From assembly GCA_964016885.1 (NCBI GenBank), contig OZ024761.1, positions 8,742,001 through 8,806,000 of the forward strand: 64,000 nt of DNA, read 5' to 3'. How positions within the stretch are numbered: the stretch's first letter is position 1; every line of letters starts with the position of its first letter. Shown in pieces: positions 35,704 through 48,687 of this stretch. The DNA comes from Eledone cirrhosa. Its lineage: Eukaryota. Position numbers and translations under genes: made by a program. The notes under the pieces were generated by a model. It was given only the letters and a program-made list of their open reading frames with translations, ran no database searches and was not told where the DNA came from.

Positions 35704-35949
35704 CATATGTATATATATATGTATATATGCATATATATATATATATATGCATATATATATATATATATGCATATATATATATATATATGTATATATGCAT
35801 ATATATATATATATATGTATATATGCATATATATATATATATGCATATATATATATATATATATGTATATATGCATATATATATATATATGTATATATGC
35901 ATATATATATATACATATGTATATATATATATATATATACATATGTATG

Positions 35950-36455
35950 TATATATGGGATTTGAACACAGAATATAAAGAGACATAACTCTATGCCACA
36001 AAATATGTTGTCCTACGCTCTACCAATTGCTGCTAATCCACTGCCCAATGATGATAAAACTACTAATAATAATTGTTTCTACTTTTAGGCACAAGGCCAG
36101 CAATTATCCCAGTACATTACTGGTACTTTATTTTATCGACCCCCGTAAGGATGAAAGGCAAAGTTAACCTCAGCCGGATTTGAACTCAGGCCGTAAAGGG
36201 ACGTAACTCTATGCTGGAAAGCATGGCGTCCGACGCTCTACCGATACTGCCAATCCACCGTGTGTGTGTAATAATTGTTTCTACGTTAGGCACAAGGCCA
36301 GCAATTACCCCAGTACATTACTGGTACTTTATTTTATCGAAACCCGTAAGGATGAAAGGCAAATTTAACCTCAGCCGGATTTGAACACAGATCGTAAAGG
36401 GACGTAACTCTATGCTGGAAAGCATGGCGTCCGACGCTCTACCGATACTGCCAAA
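35950..36455 (-). mobile_element. Tandem SINE family B copies
   Basis: Reverse complements of GGCAGTATCGGTAGAG..GAGTTCAAATCC..GCCTTTCATCC..GATAAAATAAAGTACC. Confidence 0.8.
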
Positions 36456-36512
36456 TCAAATGATAGTTTTCTCAAGTCCCAATGCAAAAAAAAAGAAAAA
36501 AAAGACACTTAC

Positions 36513-36653
36513 TTGATTCGTCCTAAGTCAGCCATTGTCTTAACTGCAGCACATTTGACCATGTGAGGTGCAAATTTGGAGAGACGAGACATAACTGCAA
36601 TACCATTAGTGTTGATAATAGTCTTGTTTAGCTGGGTAGAGTCAGAAAACAGC
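36513..36653 (-). CDS. ARMC5: ARMC5 exon 4
   Basis: ccaccag| acceptor and |gtaagt donor, 141 nt, phase 2/2. (R)LFSDSTQLNKTIINTNGIAVMSRL..AAVKTMADLGRI(N) joins in frame to CSVEFAQQ. Confidence 0.82.
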
Positions 36654-36717
36654 CTGGTGGTTGGGAGACAACAGATAACTATTCAGACGTTAATTATATA
36701 TATACACACACACACAC

Positions 36718-36772
<55 letters not shown>

Positions 36773-36968
36773 TAATATAGAAGGTGAGTAATATTGTAGA
36801 ACAATAAAACTATGCATATATCAGATAAGTAGCACTCAACAGTTGGTAGAACTGGAGTATATATAATAAAGATGAAATAAAAGATGGTTATAAGAGTTCC
36901 ATATATTTATGTAGACTTTGCACTTTCCTATAAACAAGTGCTATTATGCCTCATATGATGTTACCTTC

Positions 36969-37034
36969 TTTTATCTGAAGAGAACACAATTTCTGTCCCA
37001 GGATGATTTTGTATTCGAAATGCGCATAATAAAA
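36969..37034 (+). ncRNA. Type I hammerhead ribozyme inside an inverted repeat
   Basis: TTTTAT-CTGAAGA-GAACACAA..TTGTATTC-GAAA-TGCGCA-TA^ATAAAA; perfect stem I; palindromic ATGCGCAT stem III. Confidence 0.75.
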
Positions 37035-37199
37035 TATATGGAACTCTTATAACCATCTTTTAATTTCATTTTTATTATATATATAGACATATATATAATT
37101 AATACAAAAGGAAAATGAAGAATATTATTTAAATTCCATCTATAGTTTCTACAATTATTTCGATGGTGATAAATGTGGCATGTATATATATATATATAT

Positions 37200-37785
37200 T
37201 ATGCTGGTACCACAAAACATCCAGCCCACACTGTAAAGCGATCATGTAAGTGCCACCACAAAAAACACCCAGCACATACTGTCAATGTGGTTGGCGTTAG
37301 GAAGGGCATCCAACCATAGAAAACCAGCCAGTAACACTCCTATACGAGCAAGACAAGGTCACCTGACCCAACTTGCCTCTAAATGGGAAAAACCCGTCTA
37401 ACCCATGCTAATGTGGAAGATAAATGTTAATCGAGGATACGACATATATATATATATATATCATCATCATCACCGTTTTACGTCTGCTCTTCCACGCTAG
37501 CATGGGTTAGACAGGTTGTCTTTTTGTGGGCAGTGTCTGGTCGGCTGACCTTGTCTTGTTCATACAGGAACTGATTCTGGCTTGATTTCTACAGCTGGAT
37601 GCCCTTCTTAACACCAACCTCATTTACAGTGTGGGCTGGGTGCTTTTTTGCCGTGGCACCTCCACGACCACTTTGCAGTGGAATGATATGGACCCCAGTC
37701 CCTATCATCTCATTTCTACAGCTGAGTAAACTGGAGCAATGTGAAATAAAGTGTCTTGCTCAATGAAACAACACACCACTCGTAT
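37200..37785. mobile_element. Two tail-to-tail SINE family A fragments (+ ~37200-37440; - ~37460-37785)
   Basis: Similarity to 5934-6360 in opposite orientations. Confidence 0.7.
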
Positions 37786-38015
37786 GTATGTATGTAAAAA
37801 GTAAACAGAAATAACAACACAATCGGTGCAGTATATGGAAGGTATATATTAGGTTAACACTTGATATACCAGGAAGAGGGTCTTAATGTTTAGGACGCTA
37901 GTCCTTCATCAGAAGGAAGAATGAGAAATAAAATAGATTGATGGGACGGGCGGGATGGAATTGGAAAAAAATGTCTTTAGATAAAAATAATAGGTCCATT
38001 CATGTTGACACACCA

Positions 38016-38079
<64 letters not shown>

Positions 38080-38457
38080 GCACAGTTGTGTGAAGAACAT
38101 AACAGTCCTCCTAGTGTTGGTGACCAACAAAATAAATGCACCCAGTACACATTGTAAAGTAGTTGGTGTTAAGAAGGGCATCAAGCCATAGAAAGCTTGC
38201 TAAATAAGGGGTTGTGAGGACTCCCTCAGTTATGTCAACGTCATGACAACCTCTCTTGTGCATCCTGTGGAATGTTAGACTGTACATAAGTGAGACAAAG
38301 ACTGCTAGCTGGTCTGGGAGGTCAGTAGCCCCACTTCAGTACTGACTTGGTCAATATAGACCTGTCCAACCCTTGCTAGCAGGGAAAGTGGATGTTAAAC
38401 GATGATAATGATGATAACGATGATTATAATTATGAGGAAGATGATGAAATAGTTTAC

Positions 38458-38644
38458 CTGAGGGTGTGACAGTAAGTTAGTTGGCATTCAGAGTTGTTAG
38501 TGTATTCTAGAAGCTGGACAATTCTCTGTGTTATATCTGTCTTATGGATGATTCTACGACAGGCGCAGTCTACTGCAAGGTTAGCTAGGGTTCGACAACA
38601 ACGACGCTGAATACTCTCCTTGTTACTCTCCAGAAGGATGCATT
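38458..38644 (-). CDS. ARMC5: ARMC5 exon 3
   Basis: ttttttctccag| acceptor and AG|gtaaac donor. (Q)CILLESNKESIQRRCCRTLANLA resembles ARMC5 DSIQNRTARALGNLA. Confidence 0.88.
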
Positions 38645-38752
38645 CTGGAGAAAAAAACAAAAAAACATGAATAAATAAAGACAATAATAACAATATAAAT
38701 ACAACTAATTATATTGTGAGATTTTGAGACTGAAGTTTGTTGTGGTTGTTTA

Positions 38753-39661
38753 ACACATTAGTATTTACATTACTCTATATATACTATTGTATTTTCATGG
38801 TAAAGGCTTTACCTCACATAACATTTACATTACTCTATATATACTATTGTATTTTCATGGTAAAGGCTTTACCTCACATAACATTTACATTACTCTATAT
38901 ATACTATTGTATTTTCATGGTAAAGGCTTTACCTCACATAACATTTACATTACTCTATATATACTATTGTATTTTCATGGTAAAGGCTTTACCTCACATA
39001 ACATTTACATTACTCTATATATACTATTGTATTTTCATGGTAAAGGCTTTACCTCACAACATTTACATTACTCTATATATACTATTGTATTTTCACGGTA
39101 AAGGCTTTACCTCACATAACATTTACATTACTCTATATATACTATTGTATTTTCACGGTAAAGGCTTTACCTCATAACATTTACATTACTCTATATATAC
39201 TATTGTATTTTCATGGTAAAGGCTTTACCTCACATAACATTTACATTACTCTATATATACTATTGTATTTTCATGGTAAAGGCTTTACCTCACATAACAT
39301 TTACATTACTCTATATATACTATTGTATTTTCACGGTAAAGGCTTTACCTCACATAACATTTACATTACTCTATATATACTATTGTATTTTCATGGTAAA
39401 GGCTTTACCTCACATAACATTTACATTACTCTATATATACTATTGTATTTTCACAGTAAAGGCTTTACCTCACATAACATTTACATTACTCTATATATAC
39501 TATTGTATTTTCACAGTAAAGGCTTTACCTCACATAATATCGAATCTTTGAGATTTTGACATTATTTATTTTGAGAACACTACCTTAATGTAGGTATGAG
39601 GAGCTAGCTATAGCCAATTTCAACAGAAAAAGGTGAGAGAATTCTGGCCGGATATGGCCGG
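38753..39661 (+). repeat. piggyBac-type MITE with an internal 60-bp unit expanded ~13 times
   Basis: Unit ACATTTACATTACTCTATATATACTATTGTATTTTCATGGTAAAGGCTTTACCTCACATA, followed by the rest of the MITE seen at 52252-52459. Confidence 0.85.
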
Positions 39662-39665
39662 TTAA

Positions 39666-40376
39666 CCCTTTAGCATTCAAACCGGCCGTGTTCGGCCAGA
39701 TTCTCTCACCTCTTTCTGTTCAAACCAGCCATAACCAGCTGCCCATACTAATGTTAAGGTAGTGTTCTTAAAATAAATAATATAAAAATCTCAAAGATTC
39801 GATGTTATGTGAGGTAAAGCCTTTACCGTGAAAATACAATAGTATATATAGAGTAATGTAAATGTTATGTGAGATATTATGTAAGATAAAGTCTTTACCA
39901 TGAAAATACAATAGTATATATAGTGTAATGTAAATGTTATGTGAGATACTATGTAAGATAAAGTCTTTACCATGAAAATACAATAGTATATATAGTGTAA
40001 TGTAAATGTTATGTGAGATACTATGTAAGATAAAGTCTTTACCATGAAAATACAATAGTATATATAGTGTAATGTAAATGTTATGTGAGATACTATGTAA
40101 GATAAAGTCTTTACCATGAAAATACAATAGTATATATAGAGTAATGTAAATGTTATGTGAGATATTATGTAAGATAAAGTCTTTACCATGAAAATACAAT
40201 AGTATATATAGTGTAATGTAAATGTTATGTGAGATATTATGAGAGGTAAAGCCTTTACTGTGAAAATATAATAGTATATATAGAGTAATGTAAATGTTAT
40301 GTGAGATACTATGTAAGATAAAGTCTTTACCATGAAAATACAATAGTAAATATAGTGTAATGTAAATGCTAAAGGG
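39666..40376 (-). mobile_element. Complete piggyBac-type MITE with an internal ~72-bp expansion
   Basis: TTAA|CCCTTTAGCATT...AATGCTAAAGGG|TTAA termini. Confidence 0.88.
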
Positions 40377-40965
40377 TTAACTCAGTATTCCCTTTTGTCT
40401 AGAATGGATTTAGGGAAGGATAACTGGGGTGTGTCCTTTTTCCCTTTAGGATCTCTTGTCGATCGGACATGAAGGTTAATAATTCTCTTCTAACTCGAGC
40501 AGGAGTGCCTTTCCATTGTCAATTTGGATTGATCATCTGCAAAGCCATATTGTTCTCAGAACCACTACACCAGTCTTTCGATGCGTGAAGCTGGAACTAC
40601 TGGCACCCATTGATTTGGCAGGATTTTTTTTTTTTTTAGATAGCCATTGACTCTTATGAGTTCTTCCGCCCTTTGTCAGGTTTTGCTTTTTGTCCTGCAG
40701 GGTGTCCAAAATAAACCTCATCACCAAGTAAACTTGGTGGAGTTGCCAGTTTAGTCGCCGATAACCCGACCATGCGACAGGTTGTACTGGGTTACATGTT
40801 ACCAGTAGTACTTGAGAGTGATCTGACATAAATAATGTGTTGATTAGCTGCTTCAGTTTATAAAAAGGGTTTGGATTTTTGCTCATTTCTCAGACATAAA
40901 CTAAAGGGGGTCAACGTATATCCGAGTATATAGGGTATATATAAAGTGTGTGTATGGGTACTTAC

Positions 40966-40996
40966 GGAGAACTCTGATACCTTGATACTTGATAAC
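40966..40996 (-). CDS. ARMC5: ARMC5 exon 2 (31-nt microexon)
   Basis: cttctcctcag|GTTATCAAGTATCAAGGTATCAGAGTTCTCC|gtaagt encodes VIKYQGIRVL and supplies the phase 0 to 1 link between exons 1 and 3. Confidence 0.8.
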
Positions 40997-41291
40997 CTGA
41001 GGAGAAGAAGAAGAGAGGAAAATTAGACAAACAGACTATACTGCTTTCCTTCCTTAGTCACTTGGCTGAAAAATACTTTTATTTTAGGGGAGATGTTATA
41101 TTTATAGCCTTCACAATTGTAGGAAGGAACAAGTGGCTGTAGACGTCATGATGGTTTGGTGGGAGATACCATAGAAGCTGGAGATTCTGGTCTGGGGTTC
41201 AATCCTGGTCAGGAGATACACATACGGGGTTCATACTTAACTTCCTCAGTTTTTGTTGTAGTGCACCTGAGCACTACACAATAAGGTAAAT

Positions 41292-42060
41292 TGGCAGTAT
41301 CGGTAGAGGGTTGGACGCCATGCTTTCTAGCATAGTTACGTCCCTTTATGGTCTGAGTTCAAATCCCGCCGAGGTTAACTTTGCCTTTCATCCTTACGGG
41401 GTCGATAAAATAGAGTACCAGTAATGCACTGGGTAATTGCTGGCCTTGTGCCAAAAATAGAAACAATTATTAATCTCTTTACTTACGGGGTCGATAAAAT
41501 AAAGTACCAGTAATGCACTGGGTAATTGCTGGCCTTGTGTCAAAAGTAGAAACAATTATTATTATCATGAAATATAAAAACAGTAAGAGAGGGACCGGGG
41601 AAATAATAATTTTCTCTTTTAGACCCGTAACTCCTGATGGAGTTGTAGAGGCACCATATTGATATACGGTATTCCAAGGGATCAAGATAATAATCAATAG
41701 CTAGAAATGATTATTCCATCCTTACATTCTACCTTTGCAAAGTTCCTCACAGAACTGCTGGAGCACCAGAGAAAATACCATTGTGGTATTTGTCCAGATC
41801 CCTTTATGTTCTGAGTTCAAATCCTTGCTCAGATTGACTTTGCTTTTCATCCTTCTGAAGGGTCGATAAAATAAAGTACCAGTTACGTACTGGGGTTGAT
41901 ATGCTATAGTAACAGTCAAGTACTGGGGTTGATAAAATATAGCACCAGTTAAGTAGTGGGGTTGATAAAATAAAGTACCAGTTAAGTAGTGGGGTTGATA
42001 AAATGAAGTACCAGTCAAGTACTAGGGTTGATAAAATAAAGTACCGGTTGAGTACTGGGG
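41292..42060 (+). mobile_element. SINE family B cluster (41292-41560; 41790-42060 with a repeated tail)
   Basis: tRNA-like head with B box GAGTTCAAATCC and GCCTTTCATCC..GGTCGATAAAATAAAGTACC domain. Confidence 0.8.
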
Positions 42061-42274
42061 CTCATAGTTGTAGTGATGGTAGTAGTAGGGGTGTTAGTAG
42101 TAGTGGTAACAGTAGCAGCAGCAGTATTAGTAGTAGTAATAGTTACAGTAGTAGCAACAGTAGTAACAATAGTGGTAACAGTAGTAGTGGTAGTAGTAAC
42201 AGAAGTAGTAGCAGCAACAGTAGTAGTGGTGGTAGTAGTAACAGAAGTAGTAGTAGTAGTAGTAGTGGCCTCAC

Positions 42275-43561
42275 CTGTTTCCTGACAATCTGTTCCACAC
42301 AGAAATTTCCGAGGACGCTGAGCAGAAGGTCCGTAATGTCGTTGACAGGCTTAGCATCGCTTGAACGCTGGGTGGTATAGTTGGTGGTAGTAGTGTTGGT
42401 GGTAGTATTACTGGTGGTGGTAGTATTGGTGGTGTAGTTGATGGTATAGTTGATGGTGTTGGTGGTAGTATTAGTGGTGGTGTAGTTGAGCGTATTAGTG
42501 GTAATATTGTTACTGGTGGTGGTGTTGGTAGTATTGGTGCTAGTATTTGGGGTGGTATTGTTACTGGTGGTGGTGTTGGTAGTATTGGTGCTAGTATTTG
42601 GGGTGGTATTGTTACTGGTGGTGGTGTTGGTAGTATTGGTGCTAGTATTTGGGGTGGTATTGTTACTGGTGGTGGTGTTGGTAGCATTGGTGCTAGTATT
42701 TGGGGTGGTATTGTTACTGGTGGTGGTGTTGGTAGCATTGGTGCTAGTATTTGGGGTGGTATTGTTACTGGTGGTGGTGTTGGTAGCATTGGTGCTAGTA
42801 TTTGGGGTGGTATTGTTACTGGTGGTGGTGTTGGTGCTAGTATTTGGGGTGGTATTGTTACTGGTGGTTGTGTTGGTGATACTACGACCGGTGTTGGTAT
42901 TACTAGTGGTGTTACCATCCTGCCATCGGCTAGCAGACTTTTTATTGTCTCTACTTGATGATGCTGATGATGATGAATGTGTTGATGATGATGATGCTGC
43001 TATAATCAGTGACGCAGCTGATGTGAGATTTGCTGTATTGGTGGTGGTGGTCGAGGTGGTACAGGATGGAATATCGAGGTCCCAGTTACTGGACACACAG
43101 CGACTATATCCTTCATGTCTGCGGACAGTAATTGACTTCTTGATCTTGTTATATGGTCCTCCGATGCCTGTGGAACAACCGGACAAGTCTTTAATCTCCG
43201 TGGTGGCCAGCAAGTTTCTTCCAGCGCTTCCTTTTTTCTCTTCATCATCTTCGCGTTGTAGTTGTTGTCGTTGGTGCTGCGCTTTTTCCTGGCCATGATC
43301 ATCCGATTCTTTTGCTATCACAGACTCATCGGAATCCGAGAAAATATTCTGCGGTTTCTTTAACAAGCAGAACAACTTGGGCACAATATTAAGCTCGATT
43401 AGTTTATTCCTGGCCTCCTTGTTGCGAGAGAACGAGGTCCTGAGCTTCAAGAGTGCCTGGTGTAGGACAGTCGAACAGCTGGGCGAATCGAACGTTACTT
43501 TATCGTTCGATATGGCCCAGTTCAATCTATTGATCAGCTCACGACACGACACAGAATCCAT
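42275..43561 (-). CDS. ARMC5: ARMC5 exon 1 (429 codons, including a T/N-rich coding minisatellite)
   Basis: ATG at 43561 and CAG|gtgagg donor. ALLKLRT and ITDLLLSVLGNFCVEQIVRKQ resemble ARMC5 ALLALRT and TLDLALSILADCCTE. Confidence 0.82.
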
Positions 43562-44586
43562 TAACTTCTGATGTCGTTCGTCACACGAATTCTTCTATTT
43601 TTCTACTGTTGCTCATAATATATAAATTTATATATATATATATATACACACACCTGATGCGAACGCCCTGGATATGTGTAGTGTTGTCGTCCGTACTGTG
43701 TATATATATAGATATATATATATATAGATATATACACACACACTGAAATCTATGTATGTCTGTACGTACGCACAAATTATATGACCGGTGTAAATTAAGT
43801 GCCAATTAATAGATGTCTAAATTGCATATATACATTTGTTTGTGTGTAAATTGTTAAACTTAAATAGTATATATACACACTCACACACACACCTCAAGAA
43901 ATGGACAGATTTAAACTAAATGAAGTTTATATTATATATAGTATATCACCTCGAACAAGGACTCGCTTGTTCAATATATACCAGTTCAGGAGTATCTACA
44001 TATATTTATACATACATACATATTGTAATTGTTTTTAAAAGGAGCGGGCTGGTTAAGAAAGAGGTACCCTCGTATAAGAGGAGCAATCTGTACATGTATT
44101 TAAGTTCTACTACACTAGATGATGTCTAAAAAGATATATTATATAGATAAGAGTGTGTATATATATATATATATACATATGTGTGTGTGTAGTGCCCTTA
44201 TATGTGCTATGTTACGGTTAAATTAATATAGGTGTCAATGAGACCTTTTAAACAAGCTATGTCATCAGCCGAATATACGAAAGCTTGCTTATAAAACACG
44301 TAATGAAGTGAGGTTTATTAAATTAAACTCCACTTTTCTTTTGCCGGTTGTTGTGATTGATGTCGAGTTTTGCGACAGTGGAGTTGTTAAAATAAACAAC
44401 AAAACGAAATATTCCTACTGCTGTTGTTGTTGTTGTTGGTGGTGGTATTAATACCCTGCCTTATGTTGTTGTTGTTGATGATGATGATGATGATGATGGC
44501 GAACTGTTAAAACGAGGCTAGGCAGCTGTTTTTTTAATTGTAATATACATATATATAAATATATATATATATATACATACATATAC

Positions 44587-44617
<31 letters not shown>

Positions 44618-44711
44618 CACACGTATGTCTGTAGAGAGAGAAAAAAAGGGGGTAGATATATATGTGTGTGTGCGTGTAGCGAGAGATAGAGGGAAAGAAA
44701 GAAGGAATGGT

Positions 44712-44743
<32 letters not shown>

Positions 44744-45184
44744 GAGAGAGAGAAGGAGGGATGAGGGAAGGATAACTAAAAATAAGAGAGCAAGAGAATA
44801 TAGAACGAAGAGAAAGTATAAAGAGTGTTAGTGTGAGTGAGAAGGGGAGGGATCGTGATTGCTGTAATTGGTTATCGGCTGTTTCCGTTACGTGTCGTTC
44901 TTGACACGAATAATGTCGAGGATGGTCGACATAATTGTACGTAAATATGGACTGTAAAATATGTGAACTATCTAAATTGATAATAATACAATATAATAAT
45001 AATAACAATGACGACGGTATATATATACACACACGACCGACATTCCTCGCTGACTTAAAACAGAAAGCTATGGGGCAATTATATTTAACAGCTGGCGTAC
45101 GTTCATCTTCACAGCCGATATTTATAAGATCAAGAACCTTTCAGCGCTGTATTTTTAATTATTAATTATTTCATTACTAAGACA

Positions 45185-45610
45185 ATAATTTGGCATATGG
45201 TGCTCTCAACGGGATCATAAAGCATGGCTTGGATGCTGCAGGCTTCCACTCCCAGATCGAGCTGGCGGGGCTGGACCGAGGAGGCGGCGTGATCATCATC
45301 CCGTTCCGCTGTGGTAAACCCCTCATCTGGGATGCCACATGCAGCGACCCTTTCTCCAGCGGCAACCTGGTGCAGTTTGCGACTAACCCAGGCTCTGCTG
45401 CACTTCTCTCCGATAGGTTTGCGGTCGAGCCCGTAGCAGTGGAGACTTCTGGTGTCATTGGCCGTAGGGCCACCTCCCTACTCGCCACCATCGGCACAGA
45501 GTTGGCTACCCTAGGGTGTGAGCCTTGCAGAAATGGCTCTTCCAGTGCGTCTCCCTCACCATCCTCCGTTGAAACGTCTTCACTATTCTGTCCGCAGGTG
45601 CGGCTGGGCG
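45185..45610 (+). mobile_element. REL-endonuclease non-LTR retrotransposon (CRE/NeSL-like) 3' remnant
   Basis: GKPLIWDATC..FAVEPVAVETSGVIG, then shifted-frame WLFQCVSLTILR; homologous to 50720-52090. Confidence 0.7.
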
Positions 45611-46300
45611 GCCAGCTTGTGGGCCCCCATTTACTCCCCATAGTGAGAGATGGGGAGACGGAGGCAGTGACACTGGTAGTTTGGTTCCATCGTGTTCGGA
45701 CCTGGTATTTATTTATTTACCACACTACAATAACTGAATTTTAAAGGGCTTTATTTAGTGAACAATAAAAGCAAGAAAGATAACTCCAGTATTTGTCCTT
45801 CCCACCCCTCTATGTAGAACTATTTCAACCGGATGCATTATCTCCCTTGGAAGTTGGTGAAACACCAAAATAAACCTAATATATATATATACATAATTCA
45901 TACATACATATATATACATACACTCACTGTTGTTTACTAAATGTTGGCTTTATTCTCCATACACGGAAAGTCTGTAAGAGAACATCATATATGAATATCT
46001 GGATATACATAGCGTGATGTATTTGTATATATGAGTGTATATATATATATTTATATATTTCTCTATTTATATACACACACATACATATGTACGCCATATA
46101 CATCTCTGTTAAGTGATAGACAAATATATATATATATATTAGGTTGCATAGACAGACTTATATATACTAAAGTGCACACGCACTCTCTCATGTACCCAGA
46201 TTTACGCATACGCAAAAGCAGACTAATTGTCAAACACATAAACAATATTGATTGATGAATAGATAGGTACACATACACGATCATATATACACACACACGG

Positions 46301-46352
<52 letters not shown>

Positions 46353-46482
46353 CGAAGGAAAAGTGGTAAGGAACCAAGTGGACCATAACGCACCAAAGTA
46401 CTCAATACTTAGGGTAGTAGAGTGGGTAATAGGAGTAAGTAAGACCCCGACGGCTGAGCTCAAGCCGTTTCGACGGCTACTC

Positions 46483-46542
46483 TACAACCTCAAGTATTAT
46501 GTTGAGAAATGGTTTAACCAGTTTCAAACTGGTTCTATCCTA

Positions 46543-46591
<49 letters not shown>

Positions 46592-46652
46592 GATAGAACC
46601 AGTTTGAAACTGGTTAAACCATTTCTCAACATAATACTTGAGGTAGTAGAGT
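46483..46652. repeat. ~60-bp inverted repeat closed by a (TA)n loop
   Basis: ACCTCAAGTATTATGTTGAGAAATGG..CTATCCTAA / TTAGGATAG..CCATTTCTCAACATAATACTTGAGGT. Confidence 0.9.
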
Positions 46653-46709
46653 ATGATTATAATATAAAGAATGGGGACTCGACGACTGAACTCTTGCCAT
46701 TTCAATAGC

Positions 46710-46810
<101 letters not shown>

Positions 46811-46890
46811 GTCCGATATACATACATAAACACAGACCAGCAAATATAACCAGGTGTATAACCAGTAATATTTAGTCTAAGGGGTAGATA

Positions 46891-46976
<86 letters not shown>

Positions 46977-47849
46977 AAAACTAGTTAGCCGAAAGGGTAG
47001 ACGACATAGATAGACATATATCTAATGATAATGAAATTATCCTGTACAGTTAGGTAGTCTAGTGGGTAGACAGATAGACAGCCAAATATAGGGACCAATA
47101 ATAGTTAGTCTAAGGGGCAGATAGACAGACAGATATACACACACAAACATACATAGACCAACAGGTATTCGGAGTAAGTTCTCGAGCCAACGGAAGAGGC
47201 TCTACGCAGTCACTCGCCGTGCTAGAAGTAGCAGCGAAATTCCTTCATATATATACTCTTCTATTGTGTGCGTGTGTATGTTTTAAGCGACTTTGGCTTA
47301 TGTAGTCCTTCATATACGAAAAAAAAGCCCTCAGCCTCAGGAGTGTGTTGTGCAAGTGCTCCTTTCTTCCTTTTGTTCTCTTCTTCAACCTACAGGTTTA
47401 TATACAGAGAAGGCCCAATCACTCGGGCCACTTTTAATAGATAGATTTCTTTATTAGCCACAAGGGCGCAACAAGAAAGGGGACAATACAAAGACATGCC
47501 GGGGATTTTACATACAGTCGTGTAAAAAATATAAAAACAAACAATTTCAACAATCGAAATCCCCAATAGGGGGGAGGCGCCACAAATGGGTTGTTTAATA
47601 CCCCGTCGATAGAACAACCCTCAACTCAAGGAGCGTGTTGTGCAAGTGCTCCTTTTAATAGATAGATAGATAGATAAATAGACAAACGAACGGAGACCAA
47701 TAGACAGGCGCTGACTCAGTCCAACAGACAGTTAGTTTGATGGGTACACAAAGTAATCGACAGATTAGAAAGACAAATTAGATAGACAGGCAGGTGGAGA
47801 CTTTTACTAATAGACAGGAGCACAGAGAGACCAACAGACGGGAGCACAC

Positions 47850-48310
47850 ACAAACCAACGGGTAGATAGAGGGGGTCACACACTGACCAACGGGTAGACA
47901 GAGGGGGTCACACACTCACCAACGGGTAGGTAGACGGGATCACACACTGACCAACGGGTAGGTAGACGGGATCACACACTGACCAACGGGTAGGTAGACG
48001 GGATCACACACTGACCAACGGGTAGGTAGACGGGATCACACACTGACCAACGGGTAGGTAGACGCGATCACACACTGACCAACGGGTAGATAGTCGGGAT
48101 CACACACTGACCAACGGGTAGGTAGACTGGATCACACACTGACCAACGGGTAGATAGTCGGGATCACACACTGACCAACGGGTAGGTAGACTGGATCACA
48201 CACTGACCAACGGGTAGATAGTCGAGATCACACACTGACCAACGGGTAGATAGACTGGATCACACACTGACCAACGGGTAGATAGTCGGGATCACACACT
48301 GACCAACAGG
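47850..48310. repeat. 32-bp minisatellite (~14 copies) upstream of the ZNRF3-like gene
   Basis: Unit GACCAACGGGTAGGTAGACGGGATCACACACT. Confidence 0.93.
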
Positions 48311-48549
48311 TAAACAGACGGAAAGTTAGACAAAAAGGATTGACAGACGGGCGGTGATCAAGAATAACGAATAGAATACACACACACACTCAAACTCTCT
48401 CTCTTGCACGTACGCACACACTCAAACACATACACTCACACACATACTCTCTCGCTCACTCACACACTGACATACACAACACATACACTCACACACATAC
48501 TCTCTCGCTCACTCACACACTGACATACACAACACATACACTCACACAC

Positions 48550-48606
<57 letters not shown>

Positions 48607-48687
48607 GACACACACACGTTGACTAACAGACAGACAGACCATCTTTGTGTTCAATCAATTTGTTTATTTTCTCTGTTTCACTCCAAC

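Noticed and set aside
46455-46500. Hammerhead candidates at CGTTTCG here and at ~54945-54957
   Set aside because: GAAAC half is present but no properly placed CUGANGA or stem II was found
47850-48310. CRISPR-like appearance of 32-45-bp repeats here and elsewhere
   Set aside because: Head-to-tail units without unique spacers, no cas genes, eukaryotic context
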